Virus record (IMG/VR): IMGVR_UViG_3300043772_001004
Location: 38,736-102,735 of that record
Length of the DNA: 64,000 nucleotides
Strand: one strand, 5' to 3'
DNA from: a virus
Below, one piece after another: positions 40,794 through 50,496 of this stretch (position 1 is the first letter of the stretch; the number at the start of each line of letters is the position of its first letter). A model generated the notes under the pieces. The model had not been told where the DNA came from. It worked only from the letters and a program-made list of their open reading frames with translations, and made no database searches. The translations under genes and the position numbers were made by a program.

Positions 40794-41441
40794 TTATAGG
40801 TTTTTTAACATGTCTATTACTTTAGGATCTGGATACATGTCACTCTTATCTTTTCTTACAGAGTTGTGTGTATAGATTCCAGGAACCCCTTTAAATGCTT
40901 CTTTATCAATTGCCCAGATTTCTGATCTATAAGTCTTAGGAATATCATATGTTTCACATAAGTATTCTACAAGTTGTCTTAGAGATTCAATCTGTGCATC
41001 TGAATATTTGTACCAATATTTGGTACCTTTAAATGGTGTCTCAAGAGTTGTTATATTCTCTGGTTTAACTACACCATTTACATAGTTATAGTATTTGCCA
41101 TTGCGGAGTTTTAATGGACCCCAGTTGCAAACTTCTATACCTACAGAAAGTTTATTTAAGTTCTGATACTTTGCACCATTCTTAGTAAAGTCTTCTGAAT
41201 CAATACCTAAATGCCAAGCCCAATGTTTAGATGAGAAGCATTGTACAATGTCCCCATTCTCACCAATAACAAATGCAGTTGCTATTCTTGTATCATTACT
41301 ATTCCAGTATCTTGATACAGCTACTGCATTGCCTCCACCTGCTGTATGATGCAGGTAGATTTGTGTCTTCTTAGACTCTTCAGCATAGAACTGATCTTTG
41401 TCTAATCTTGCTTGAACAATTTTATTAATATCCAGTTTCAT
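40794..41441 (-). CDS. Endolysin, N-acetylmuramoyl-L-alanine amidase (Amidase_2)
   Basis: IYLHHTAG, WAWHLG, SVGIEVCN, YTHNSV..KSD Zn-amidase motifs. Confidence 0.9.
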   Translation of the reverse strand: MKLDINKIVQARLDKDQFYAEESKKTQIYLHHTAGGGNAVAVSRYWNSNDTRIATAFVIGENGDIVQCFSSKHWAWHLGIDSEDFTKNGAKYQNLNKLSVGIEVCNWGPLKLRNGKYYNYVNGVVKPENITTLETPFKGTKYWYKYSDAQIESLRQLVEYLCETYDIPKTYRSEIWAIDKEAFKGVPGIYTHNSVRKDKSDMYPDPKVIDMLKNL

Positions 41442-41938
41442 TAGTTCTTGATGTCTTTGTAAGTGTCTGATGCGTCTTTTAAACCTTTTCTTAATTTCTT
41501 TACAGTATCACAAGTTTTTCTAAGTACATTGTTTCCGGTAATATCAAACCAGTTTTCATTAATAGAAGCTAATTCTATAATTGAGAATATACCTAGTAGG
41601 ATATTAGTTAAAATAGCTGGTACAGAAATTACAAAAGAAAACCCTAAGAAGTCAAGTAAGCTATTTGCAAATGGAGTTAATGCATAATAGTCTAATGGAA
41701 ATACTACACCTGCAGTGATATAATATCCTAGAGATTTGTATACATATCCTTGTCTAAGAATTCTAGATTGAAATATATCTCTGTATTTTCTTTTAGTTTG
41801 TTTAGCTATTTTTCTAAGAGATATTAGTTTAACTACAGTATCTACAAAGATTATAAACATTAAAACAAGAACCATAATTTCAATTGGTGCAAAGAAAGAA
41901 GAGACTGCCAAGATTCCTAAAGTTATATTTGTTTTCAT
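41441..41938 (-). CDS. Holin (phage holin_4-like)
   Basis: Multiple TM segments, IELASINEN motif, adjacent to endolysin. Confidence 0.75.
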   Translation of the reverse strand: MKTNITLGILAVSSFFAPIEIMVLVLMFIIFVDTVVKLISLRKIAKQTKRKYRDIFQSRILRQGYVYKSLGYYITAGVVFPLDYYALTPFANSLLDFLGFSFVISVPAILTNILLGIFSIIELASINENWFDITGNNVLRKTCDTVKKLRKGLKDASDTYKDIKN

Positions 41939-42423
41939 ATTGTAGGTATTTGAGCTTTAATCAGACGGTATATAATATATAATATAATAATTATTAACCA
42001 TATACCACCCAACCATGCTAGGAAGTTGACCCAACCTGGGATGTATTTTATCTTTTGTGGCTTTTGAGTTTTTGTTACTAATCTAGTTTTATAAATAGTA
42101 TTACCTCTTACAGTTCTGTAGATAGTATCTACGCGGGCAATTACTTTATATTTATTATCTCTAACTCTTGATTGTAACTTAATAATAGTTCCATCTTTCT
42201 CTGCTAGTCTAGAGGCATATACATTACCTAATGAATCACAGAATAATGTATCTTCTATATATACAGTTTCTCCCGGGATATTAATAGTAGTATCTCTAAT
42301 TTGTGTTATAGTAACTATACTATCTTTCTGAGTACAAAGCGGGCAGTATTTTTCAAGTCTTCTTTCTAATGAACAAGAACTGATAAACATTAACAGTAAA
42401 GAAACTATAAATAAATTTTTCAT
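41935..42423 (-). CDS. Putative unimolecular spanin
   Basis: Lipobox FISSC plus C-terminal TM helix, in lysis cassette. Confidence 0.6.
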   Translation of the reverse strand: MKNLFIVSLLLMFISSCSLERRLEKYCPLCTQKDSIVTITQIRDTTINIPGETVYIEDTLFCDSLGNVYASRLAEKDGTIIKLQSRVRDNKYKVIARVDTIYRTVRGNTIYKTRLVTKTQKPQKIKYIPGWVNFLAWLGGIWLIIIILYIIYRLIKAQIPTI

Positions 42424-42890
42424 TATGCGCCAAATGTTCTTATGTCATACTTAATTACAAATCTCAATGTGCCATTTCCAAGAGTAGGATTAACATCCCC
42501 CCATGTTCTTAATACAATAGGTTTATTTATCCATGTACCATTAAATTGATAGTTAACAGAATTAGCTGTATCAAGAGCACCCTCAAAATGTGTAAAGTGC
42601 ATTGCTTTATTTCCAGCAGTTGTCATAAATCCTTTTTGCATAAACATGTTTCCTGTAGCACTTGGATTAATAAAGATATATGGATTGGCACCTGTACCAA
42701 TAGTATAAGGTGTTCCATTATCTGTAAACTCCATGGCAACTGAATAAATAGCATAATATTGATTTGCTCCTGGTGCAGGTAAAATTACTGCAGGACTTGA
42801 TCCAGTACTTAAAATTTGAGCAGCAGATAAATTTACAACAGTTTCTGTTACACTGCTCCCACCACCACTTAATTGTATTAACGTACTCAT
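42423..42890 (-). CDS. Putative virion decoration protein
   Basis: Beta-rich; N-terminus MSTLIQLSGGGS resembles MGTIVSIAGGSG of neighbour. Confidence 0.45.
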   Translation of the reverse strand: MSTLIQLSGGGSSVTETVVNLSAAQILSTGSSPAVILPAPGANQYYAIYSVAMEFTDNGTPYTIGTGANPYIFINPSATGNMFMQKGFMTTAGNKAMHFTHFEGALDTANSVNYQFNGTWINKPIVLRTWGDVNPTLGNGTLRFVIKYDIRTFGA

Positions 42891-42916
42891 TTGAATTAAT
42901 ATATTTTATTTATAGT

Positions 42917-44167
42917 TTATCTACTTATTTCTTCCCAATCTACAGAAACATATCCACCTAAAGTTCCTCCTATAGTATCAATAGCCATTTCAACTACTAA
43001 TTCAAAAGGAGTTCCTGTAAAAGTATTTCTTTCAAGTTGAGTTGCAAATAAAGCTTCTTTTAATATGTTAATACTTGGAGAACCTTGGTTAGAAGAGTTT
43101 ACATACCCCTGTGCTAACACCCTACCTCCAGCAGCAGATGTACCTGTTAAGTTATATGCAACAGCAGAATCAACCCCAACAGGAGTCCATAAACCACCAG
43201 TTATAGTTGCAGATTGAACAACTCTCCAAGCATAGTTTTTACCATTACCTAAACCTAATATAGACGCAGCAGTAAGTATTACAATTGCATCTAGTTTAGT
43301 TGGCACAAGTCTTAACCCTACAATAGGATAATAAGTTCCTGCTGCAGCAAATGTTCTTGGAGTAAGTATTGGTGTACCAACAGCTTGTTGTGCCCCTCTT
43401 AACTCATATCCTCCCTCTGATATTACAGAAGAACAAACTTGTTTTAATGTGGTTGCTGTTGCAGTTGATGCATTAAGTATCTCGTATCTTAATGGTAATG
43501 AAGCTGTAGTAATATAAGTAGAAGTAATTAAGTTAGCATGATTAAATCTATGACAAACTATAAAGTTTCCATCTATTATAAACCCTATTCTTACTGTGCC
43601 TTCACCTAACCACTCAATATCCATAAATAGAATCTGAGCTTTACTAATATCTAAAGTTATTCCTGATGGTCCATTACCATCCATTGTATCAGCATTCCAA
43701 GAAGCTTGATCTACAACAGTTTCAGTTACAACACCTGTAACCAAACTTCTTTCTACAAAACTTAAAGTGTTGTCTCTTAATTGAATATATATACCATTTT
43801 CTGTTCCAAAATAACCCACTCTTTGTCTTAGGTTAGTTTGAGCTGGAGCCATCACAAAGGTATTCATAACCAACAAAGACTTACCTGGTTGATAAGAAAA
43901 TACCTTTGCTGTTTCTCTTAGTACTTCAGATCCAGCTGTGCCAGTTACATTTAGATTTACTAATCCTTCATTTGGACTAAATACTGCAGTACCTCCACTT
44001 GTTGTAGAAGTATTCCATAAACCATTATCTCTATATCTATGAGATGAATCAAATAATGTTAATGGTTGTGCTGTTCTAATTCTACCAAATGCATCTGTGA
44101 GCATTGGGTATTGGGTAAGAATATCATTAGAACCTGAACCCCCAGCTATGGAAACTATAGTACCCAT
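42917..44167 (-). CDS. Putative structural protein (DAFGRIR type)
   Basis: DAFGRIRTAQP, YQPGKS, DIEWLG motifs; beta-rich. Confidence 0.55.
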   Translation of the reverse strand: MGTIVSIAGGSGSNDILTQYPMLTDAFGRIRTAQPLTLFDSSHRYRDNGLWNTSTTSGGTAVFSPNEGLVNLNVTGTAGSEVLRETAKVFSYQPGKSLLVMNTFVMAPAQTNLRQRVGYFGTENGIYIQLRDNTLSFVERSLVTGVVTETVVDQASWNADTMDGNGPSGITLDISKAQILFMDIEWLGEGTVRIGFIIDGNFIVCHRFNHANLITSTYITTASLPLRYEILNASTATATTLKQVCSSVISEGGYELRGAQQAVGTPILTPRTFAAAGTYYPIVGLRLVPTKLDAIVILTAASILGLGNGKNYAWRVVQSATITGGLWTPVGVDSAVAYNLTGTSAAGGRVLAQGYVNSSNQGSPSINILKEALFATQLERNTFTGTPFELVVEMAIDTIGGTLGGYVSVDWEEISR

Positions 44168-44170
44168 AGT

Positions 44171-44509
44171 TTATGATATCCAAGTAATTAAAAATGTAGT
44201 ACCTGTTGCATCATAAGTAATACCACTTAGAGAGTTATTCTTATCAGGAGCAAAATTTACAGTTGTTCCTGCAGGTAATGTAACACCATTAACTGTTCCA
44301 GAAGCAGCTCCAACATTGGCTATTGAAAAACCATATGTTACTGATATAGCTCCAGCACCAATATCAGAAAGAATTACAGGTGTTCTTGTTGCTACTACAC
44401 TACTTCCTACTAAAAAATCATAAATTTTTTGTAGACCTTCAAGTACTTTCAATTGCCAAGGAAAATTATTTCCCTTGTTTCCGTAGTCTTTTAAATTTCC
44501 TATTGACAT
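44171..44509 (-). CDS. Putative structural protein
   Basis: MSIGNLKDYGNKGNNFPWQLKVL N-terminus; beta-rich C-terminus. Confidence 0.5.
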   Translation of the reverse strand: MSIGNLKDYGNKGNNFPWQLKVLEGLQKIYDFLVGSSVVATRTPVILSDIGAGAISVTYGFSIANVGAASGTVNGVTLPAGTTVNFAPDKNNSLSGITYDATGTTFLITWIS

Positions 44510-44526
44510 AATTAGTATTTTATATG

Positions 44527-45009
44527 TTATTGAGGATTAATGATTAAGAAATGAATGTTTAATGGTTGATCCAATGGGCCAGAAGTATCTGGATTTCTAA
44601 TAATAATCCTTGCAGAATTACCCAGTGCATTAATTTCTGAAGATACTACTGGAGTACCTGACCCAACAGCTGGATAATTAACACTTAAAAGCAAAATTGA
44701 ATTTGCTTGTATATTTGTATTATTTAATATAAATACATCCGGTGTACCTGGTGCAGTACCTGCATTTACTGTATTAATAACTCCGGCATGTGTATTCAAA
44801 GTAACAGCTGTTGTAATAGAAGTTAACTGAGTTACAGTACCTGTATTATACAAAGATTGTAACGGTGCTGCATTTACTGCTAATGGTAACCAAGCATCAT
44901 CTCTAGTTACATCTCTAGACCCAATTGCTAAAAGATTAGGTACATCTGTTGGTAAAGTGGTTCTATAATTACCCGCTTTAATCCATGATATAAAATTTAA
45001 AATATCCAT
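44527..45009 (-). CDS. MDILNFISW-family fibre/decoration protein 1
   Basis: Shared N-terminal module; GTVTQLTSITTAVTLN beta domain. Confidence 0.55.
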   Translation of the reverse strand: MDILNFISWIKAGNYRTTLPTDVPNLLAIGSRDVTRDDAWLPLAVNAAPLQSLYNTGTVTQLTSITTAVTLNTHAGVINTVNAGTAPGTPDVFILNNTNIQANSILLLSVNYPAVGSGTPVVSSEINALGNSARIIIRNPDTSGPLDQPLNIHFLIINPQ

Positions 45010-45038
45010 TTTACTTTGTTTTATATATAATTATTAAT

Positions 45039-46031
45039 TTAAATTCTTGCTACTGAAAGAAATCTAGCTCCAATAGAAGATGTTCCTCCAACGGATTCTA
45101 CAGTAACTACAATGTATGTGTTAAGTGACCAGTTTATAGTTCCAAATGACAAAGCATTTTCAAAAATTCCAGAATTGTATGTTGCTCCAGCATTACTTCC
45201 AATACCTGAATCAGAGAATGCTTCATTTGGATCTGTACCATTATTTAAAAACTGGCAAAGATTATTAGTAAACCAAATATCTCTTTCAATTTTTACAACT
45301 CTTTGATTTACACCTGATGTTGCAGTACTTGTATTTGCAATAAGAGTTGCGCCAGTAGCATTAAAAACAGTTCCTTGAAAAGGGGCTGTATTAGTTATAT
45401 AAACTTTTGTGTTTAAAGTTGTTGCTGCTGCTACTTTTTGTAATGCAGTTTTTATGCAAAAAATAGGCCAAGAACTATTATTATACGTGTTACCAGGTAT
45501 TGTACTAAATGTAACTACTATATCAGATCCTGGTGCTACAGAAACTAATCCTGAAGGTACAATACTAAAACTTGGTGTAGCAGTTCCAGATGGACCTACT
45601 GGACCTTGAATACCTTGAGGACCTTGAGGACCAGTTGCACCTTGAGAAGCTAACAATGCCCAGTTAACTGTATCTGTAGCAGGATCTGTAGGAGAAGGCC
45701 CTACTGGATTAATACAAAAATAGGATGCCCCACCAAAACCTACTGCATCATTAGCTACATAAGTACCTGCTGCTGACCATGCACCTTGCCAATTAAGACC
45801 TGCTGGTCCTACTGGTCCTGGTACACCTTGTGGGCCTATTGGGCCTTGTGCGCCAGCAGGTATGTTTGCTGCAACTTGTGTTGTAAAATTTTGTACTGTA
45901 ATAGCACCTGTTAAATATTCATCATCTCTTCTATCATCTTGAAGAGCCACAGGTAGTAATGTTTTATTAGGGTCAACAGAATTTACAATTCTACGACCTC
46001 TAATCCAAGAAATAAAATTTAAAATATCCAT
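45039..46031 (-). CDS. MDILNFISW-family collagen-like fibre protein 2
   Basis: GPQGPQGIQGP collagen repeats flanking a WQGAWS..YVANDAV module. Confidence 0.7.
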   Translation of the reverse strand: MDILNFISWIRGRRIVNSVDPNKTLLPVALQDDRRDDEYLTGAITVQNFTTQVAANIPAGAQGPIGPQGVPGPVGPAGLNWQGAWSAAGTYVANDAVGFGGASYFCINPVGPSPTDPATDTVNWALLASQGATGPQGPQGIQGPVGPSGTATPSFSIVPSGLVSVAPGSDIVVTFSTIPGNTYNNSSWPIFCIKTALQKVAAATTLNTKVYITNTAPFQGTVFNATGATLIANTSTATSGVNQRVVKIERDIWFTNNLCQFLNNGTDPNEAFSDSGIGSNAGATYNSGIFENALSFGTINWSLNTYIVVTVESVGGTSSIGARFLSVARI

Positions 46032-46040
46032 TATTATTTA

Positions 46041-46982
46041 TTATTTATTTTTTAATGTTTCTAGTTCTTCTTTCAAAGATTTAACTTCTGAACTTAAATC
46101 TTGAATAGCTTTAACTAATACAGGTAATAATTTACCGTAAGATGCTTCTAGTTTTTCAGGGTTTTCTTCATAAACTAAACCAAGGTAATTTGCATTTGCT
46201 TCTTCTTGTGATGCTTTTAAATCCTGAGCAATAAACCCAAAATCTTCTATATCATGCTTACCTTCCTCATTTCTATCATCCCATGTAAACTTAACTGGTT
46301 TTAGTTTTTCTACAAACTCTAATCCTACTGGTAGTTCTTCTATTTCTTTTTTGTCTCTTGCATCTGAAAGAGATGTAATTGTAGTAACAGCACAACGTAA
46401 AACATTATGAGAGGCATTACCTAAAGTAATAGAATTGTTTGTTGTTGCTGTAGCAGTTTGTGTATCATCACCTAATAAAACATTGTTACTTCCTGTAGTT
46501 AAAGTCGCTCCAGAAGAAGTTCCAACAATAACATTGTAACTACCTGTAGTTATAAAACCAGCTGAATTCCCAATACAAACATTTTCTGTTCCATTGTTTT
46601 GATATAATGCTTGTTGTCCTATTGCAACATTGTTACTTCCTGTAGTAATAGTATATAATGCAGCTTCTCCAAGTGCGCTATTTGAAGAACCAGTTGTATT
46701 ATTAAATAAAGCATCCTTGCCTAAACTAGTATTATTACTCCCAGTTGAGTTATTTCTTAATGCATTTGAACCTATTGCTGTATTTGAATTTCCAGTATTT
46801 ACTGGCATTGCTCTACTACCAACAATGGTAACATTATTACCAGTTGATGTATTTGGTGTAAATGCGGTTCCTCCATAAAGAATGAATCTATTATTAGCAT
46901 TTATTTCTTTTATTACTACTCCATTGACATTTACATCACTTCCTGACTGCGGAATTATATCATCTACATTTATTTGACTCAT
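46041..46982 (-). CDS. Tail fibre/spike with beta-helix repeats and C-terminal intramolecular chaperone (Peptidase_S74)
   Basis: NTAIG/NVAIG repeats; SDARDKKEI..LKPVKFTW..GFIAQD. Start re-assigned to ATG 46982 (ATGA overlap with upstream gene). Confidence 0.85.
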   Translation of the reverse strand: MSQINVDDIIPQSGSDVNVNGVVIKEINANNRFILYGGTAFTPNTSTGNNVTIVGSRAMPVNTGNSNTAIGSNALRNNSTGSNNTSLGKDALFNNTTGSSNSALGEAALYTITTGSNNVAIGQQALYQNNGTENVCIGNSAGFITTGSYNVIVGTSSGATLTTGSNNVLLGDDTQTATATTNNSITLGNASHNVLRCAVTTITSLSDARDKKEIEELPVGLEFVEKLKPVKFTWDDRNEEGKHDIEDFGFIAQDLKASQEEANANYLGLVYEENPEKLEASYGKLLPVLVKAIQDLSSEVKSLKEELETLKNK

Positions 46983-47323
46983 GGTATTATTGTTAAAGTT
47001 GTTCCTACTGGAATGGTTAAAGTTTTCCCTACGCACATTGCTAGGGGTGTTTTATAAGTTAAATTAGCATTATTTGGTAATGTAATATTTTCATTAATAC
47101 AACCTACTACTGTAAAACCATTTGCCCAAATAGATGAGGTAACAGCTGGACCTGGAGGTGTAGGAATTTGTGAGATAAAATCTTGAACAGTCATAGTAAC
47201 TGGTACATAATCATCATCTCTTCTATTAGTTTTTACACCAAGAGGAATAAGTGTTTTTTGTGGATCTACAGTAGAGACAAGTCTACTACCCTTAATCCAA
47301 CTAATAAAATTTAAGATATCCAT
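46979..47323 (-). CDS. MDILNFISW-family protein 3
   Basis: Shared N-terminal module plus short C-terminal LTIPVGTTLTII domain. Confidence 0.6.
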   Translation of the reverse strand: MDILNFISWIKGSRLVSTVDPQKTLIPLGVKTNRRDDDYVPVTMTVQDFISQIPTPPGPAVTSSIWANGFTVVGCINENITLPNNANLTYKTPLAMCVGKTLTIPVGTTLTIIP

Positions 47324-47383
47324 TTCTAAATAATTACATACTATATCTATAATATAATGAAAATTATTTAGATAACAAACTAA

Positions 47384-47518
47384 TTAAGATATTATATCTC
47401 CAATTTCTAATGTGTCAGAAATGATGTAGGTTGTTTCAGATAACATGTGCATATTATCCTGCTCAATTGCAATTATATTCTCTACAATATTATCTACTAT
47501 TATTGCTACGCGTATCAT
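47384..47518 (-). CDS. Small fibre-associated protein (44 aa)
   Basis: Not in track. MIRVAIIVDNIVENIIAIEQDNMHMLSETTYIISDTLEIGDIIS; TAATG overlap with glycine-rich fibre gene. Confidence 0.6.
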   Translation of the reverse strand: MIRVAIIVDNIVENIIAIEQDNMHMLSETTYIISDTLEIGDIIS

Positions 47519-48918
47519 TAGAAATATGTTATAATTATACAGTATCCATTACCACCTGTACCACCAGCTCCAGATGCTGCACTATTTGTAGATGCTCCAC
47601 CACCCCCACCTCCAGCACATATACCACCATTACCACCTCTTCCCCCAGCTATTGTTCCTGCTGCATCTCCTGATGCTCCACCTGCTCCCCCAGATGATAA
47701 TACAGCAAAGTTTGCATCTGTTAATGAAAATGTACCATTTGCACCAACAGCACCTGCTGCTACTCCACCAGATGTGGTATAAAACAATGTAGCTAAATCC
47801 ATTTTTCTATTTTGAATAGAAGAACCTGAGTATCTATTATTTGCTGTATCTATTCCACCACCATATACACCACATGTAATTGGTCTAACATTGAACACGT
47901 TATTAGTAGTAAAACTACTTGCACTGAATGATCCTGTACCATATGCATTAACACCATATACTCCATAGATAAGCTGTGCTGCTGATTGACCACTACTATT
48001 TGCAACGTTAGTTCCACCAAAACCACTTCCCCCACCTGGAGCTATTATTTTAGCAGTTGCTGCATTTCCAGTTCCACCTATGTATGAAGTTCCACCAACA
48101 CTACCTGCTAAACCATTTGTATTATCTACAGTAACAACACTGGCACCATTGCCTCCAATACCAATCCAAATATTTTCTGTAGCTGATAATACTGAAGCAT
48201 CCATTTTATTAATTACAACAGAACCAGTAGCTGCGCCACCACCTCCATATCTTCCTGTTGTTGGTGCACCTCTTCTACCAGCACCTCCTCCACCGCCTGC
48301 ACCAAATAAAAATACCTCTACTAGTTTTGCATTTGCAGGTTTAGTCCATACTCCACTTGATGTAAATGTTTGTATATTGACTGGTGTTCCACCACTACTT
48401 GCATAATTAGGAATATTTAATGTAGATCCTACTAATGTTGCTGCTCCACTTGTTCCTGTTGTAGTTAAACTTAATATTGGTTGATAGGTACTAGCTGCTG
48501 TAGCAGAAGTAAGGTAAGGTGTTAATGCAGAAGAATTAATATATCCTGCTGGATTTGTTGCATCATAAGGAGTAAAACCCAAAGCACTAGTAACCATAGA
48601 TCCTGTTATACCTGAGATATATCCATTAGGATTTGTAAGTGGATAATACGTACTTGCTGCTGCTGCTACAGTTAAATAACCTGACAGAGCTGCAGTTGTA
48701 ATATACCCTGCTGGATTTAAACTTAGTGGATAATACTGTAAGTCATAAGTAGGTAAACCATTACTCCATACTACTCCTGGGTTAGGATAAAATCCAGAAA
48801 GATCTCCACCAGCAGCTCCTGTTGGAGGACCACCACCAATAGTCTTTGGCTTACCATCTGGACCATTTACTTGTAATCCACCACCAAATATATTTCCATT
48901 ATTATCAACTACTTGCAT
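47518..48918 (-). CDS. Glycine-rich tail fibre protein
   Basis: Three NPxGYI repeats; TFTSSGVWTKP..GAGGGGG glycine-rich domain. Confidence 0.75.
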   Translation of the reverse strand: MQVVDNNGNIFGGGLQVNGPDGKPKTIGGGPPTGAAGGDLSGFYPNPGVVWSNGLPTYDLQYYPLSLNPAGYITTAALSGYLTVAAAASTYYPLTNPNGYISGITGSMVTSALGFTPYDATNPAGYINSSALTPYLTSATAASTYQPILSLTTTGTSGAATLVGSTLNIPNYASSGGTPVNIQTFTSSGVWTKPANAKLVEVFLFGAGGGGGAGRRGAPTTGRYGGGGAATGSVVINKMDASVLSATENIWIGIGGNGASVVTVDNTNGLAGSVGGTSYIGGTGNAATAKIIAPGGGSGFGGTNVANSSGQSAAQLIYGVYGVNAYGTGSFSASSFTTNNVFNVRPITCGVYGGGIDTANNRYSGSSIQNRKMDLATLFYTTSGGVAAGAVGANGTFSLTDANFAVLSSGGAGGASGDAAGTIAGGRGGNGGICAGGGGGGASTNSAASGAGGTGGNGYCIIITYF

Positions 48919-49216
48919 AATCTATACCATATACATAATAAGTTGTTCCTGGGATATTAGAGTATACAACTAATTCATCCCCTTCTTTTAGAGCATATAT
49001 TAAATCATCAGTTACTGTATCACCAGCTCCTAGTGTTAATTCATACAATGTTTCACTAGTAGCAGATATTGCATCATATCTTTCTAGTGTAAGCACATAT
49101 GGTAGAGGATTATAAAATCTTAAGTTTGTAATTTTAGTTAATATAACACCATTACTACCTATATAGAGTATAGTGCCTGCTACATTAACTTCTCCTTGCT
49201 TAACAATTTCTGCCAT
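48905..49216 (-). CDS. Hypothetical small beta-rich virion protein
   Basis: ORF track; first gene of fibre operon. Confidence 0.55.
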   Translation of the reverse strand: MAEIVKQGEVNVAGTILYIGSNGVILTKITNLRFYNPLPYVLTLERYDAISATSETLYELTLGAGDTVTDDLIYALKEGDELVVYSNIPGTTYYVYGIDYASS

Positions 49217-49228
49217 ACACTAATATAC

Positions 49229-49257
49229 AAAAAAATCCCCAGCTTTGCAACTGGGGA
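49229..49257 (-). terminator. Intrinsic terminator-like hairpin
   Basis: TCCCCAG/CTGGGGA stem plus T-run on the minus strand. Confidence 0.55.
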
Positions 49258-49298
49258 CGAGCCTGTTTGTATTAACCTTGGAAACAGAGAGATACAGG

Positions 49299-49490
49299 CT
49301 ATAGTAGTAGGCCGATTGCTAGAGAAAGGCTTAACATCAATAGAATACAAATATTTGCAAGTTTAAAATCATCTTCATTAATTACATACTGCTGTGAGAT
49401 CTTATCATACACAGGTTTGTATAGTATATGTGCTATTGCCCATAACATGGCAATAACAGCAAACATGATTATAACTGCAGCTATTCTCAT
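49299..49490 (-). CDS. Small two-TM membrane protein
   Basis: Two hydrophobic segments. Confidence 0.6.
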   Translation of the reverse strand: MRIAAVIIMFAVIAMLWAIAHILYKPVYDKISQQYVINEDDFKLANICILLMLSLSLAIGLLL

Positions 49491-49744
49491 TATTCCATTT
49501 TTAATAGTTTCTCAGACATAAGTAAAGCTCTTGTCAAGTCACCTATAGTCTGATCAAATAATAAACTCTTTACTGGAGATCTATTAAGATTATAGTTCTC
49601 TTTAAGATCTTCAGCTAATTTAGAAAATACTTTTCTAAGCTCAATAATTTCTTCAGACTCATTAATCTCTTCTGAGTCTAAACCAACTAAGATATCCCCA
49701 AAGGAATAGATCTTAGTTTCTTTAAAAGCTACTTGCTCACTCAT
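49490..49744 (-). CDS. Hypothetical helical-hairpin protein (possibly Acb2/Tad1-like)
   Basis: SFGDILVGL followed by two helices; weak resemblance only. Confidence 0.35.
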   Translation of the reverse strand: MSEQVAFKETKIYSFGDILVGLDSEEINESEEIIELRKVFSKLAEDLKENYNLNRSPVKSLLFDQTIGDLTRALLMSEKLLKME

Positions 49745-50049
49745 AATTTATCAATTCTTCTTTGTAAATATACTAAAGCTTTTTGTAAGTCTTCTTTTTT
49801 GTTAGAAGTTTTTTTACCAGCTCGTGCTAAATACTTTATAACATTCCCCAAATAAAAGTCTTCATCTAAACCCCAGGCTTCTAATACATTAAATACTTCA
49901 TAAGTATTTCCTGCTCCACCATAATACTTAGGTCTATTATAATCTAATACTCTATCTGCATATGGTTTTTCCATAGCATTTATTGTATTATACTTTCTGT
50001 ACATTTGAGTATTGTACAAGTTCTCTGATTCTTCTGTAAGATTTACCAT
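49741..50049 (-). CDS. DUF3310-like (T7 gp1.7-related) protein
   Basis: RPKYY..FYLGNVIKYLARAGKK..EDLQKALVYL. Confidence 0.8.
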   Translation of the reverse strand: MVNLTEESENLYNTQMYRKYNTINAMEKPYADRVLDYNRPKYYGGAGNTYEVFNVLEAWGLDEDFYLGNVIKYLARAGKKTSNKKEDLQKALVYLQRRIDKL

Positions 50050-50318
50050 ACTATTGCAATGTCTCTTTCAGCAACCATTAACTTCATTCCATCTTCTAGC
50101 TCAACAGCCTCAGATGATTGTAGTCCAATAATACCAATATAGACTTTGCTTCCTACATGTATATTTTCTACTTCATCTCCTACAGCATAAACTTCTAATC
50201 TAGTCCATGTCTTTCTCATGTCCATCTCAATAGCAAGTTTATCAGCTTCACTTAATTCAAATGGAGATTCTTTTACTTCTGGTTTATTTAATAAAACCCG
50301 TTTTCCTTTTAGTTGCAT
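50043..50318 (-). CDS. GroES-like co-chaperonin
   Basis: LKGKRVLL, VYAVGDEV..VGSKV, MVAERDIAIV. Confidence 0.7.
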   Translation of the reverse strand: MQLKGKRVLLNKPEVKESPFELSEADKLAIEMDMRKTWTRLEVYAVGDEVENIHVGSKVYIGIIGLQSSEAVELEDGMKLMVAERDIAIVW

Positions 50319-50356
50319 TTTATTGGTTTTTAATTACAAGCAAATATAAACAAAAT

Positions 50357-50494
50357 TTATTTACCTTGTCCTCTATATAACTTTTTATATTTTTTGCTTG
50401 ACTTAAGTTGACTAGTTTTAGTTTTAGCATGTATGCCTGGACGGGATACTTTAGTTGTAACTAGTTTTGTTGTTAGTTCTTTTATTTTTGCCAT
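50357..50494 (-). CDS. Small basic protein (45 aa, YRGQG C-terminus)
   Basis: Not in track. MAKIKELTTKLVTTKVSRPGIHAKTKTSQLKSSKKYKKLYRGQGK. Confidence 0.65.
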   Translation of the reverse strand: MAKIKELTTKLVTTKVSRPGIHAKTKTSQLKSSKKYKKLYRGQGK

Positions 50495-50496
50495 GA

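Noticed and set aside
46983-47036. N-terminal extension of the S74 fibre ORF or a programmed frameshift fusion with the upstream gene
   Set aside because: A clean ATGA stop/start overlap at 46979-46982 explains the junction; no slippery site identified
2939-48406. Numerous short plus-strand ORFs in the track (e.g. 27125-27559, 32451-32825, 33003-33419, 48080-48406)
   Set aside because: Antisense shadows of well-supported minus-strand genes, with no independent signals
42423-48918. Diversity-generating retroelement acting on fibre genes
   Set aside because: No reverse transcriptase and no template/variable repeat pair seen in this window
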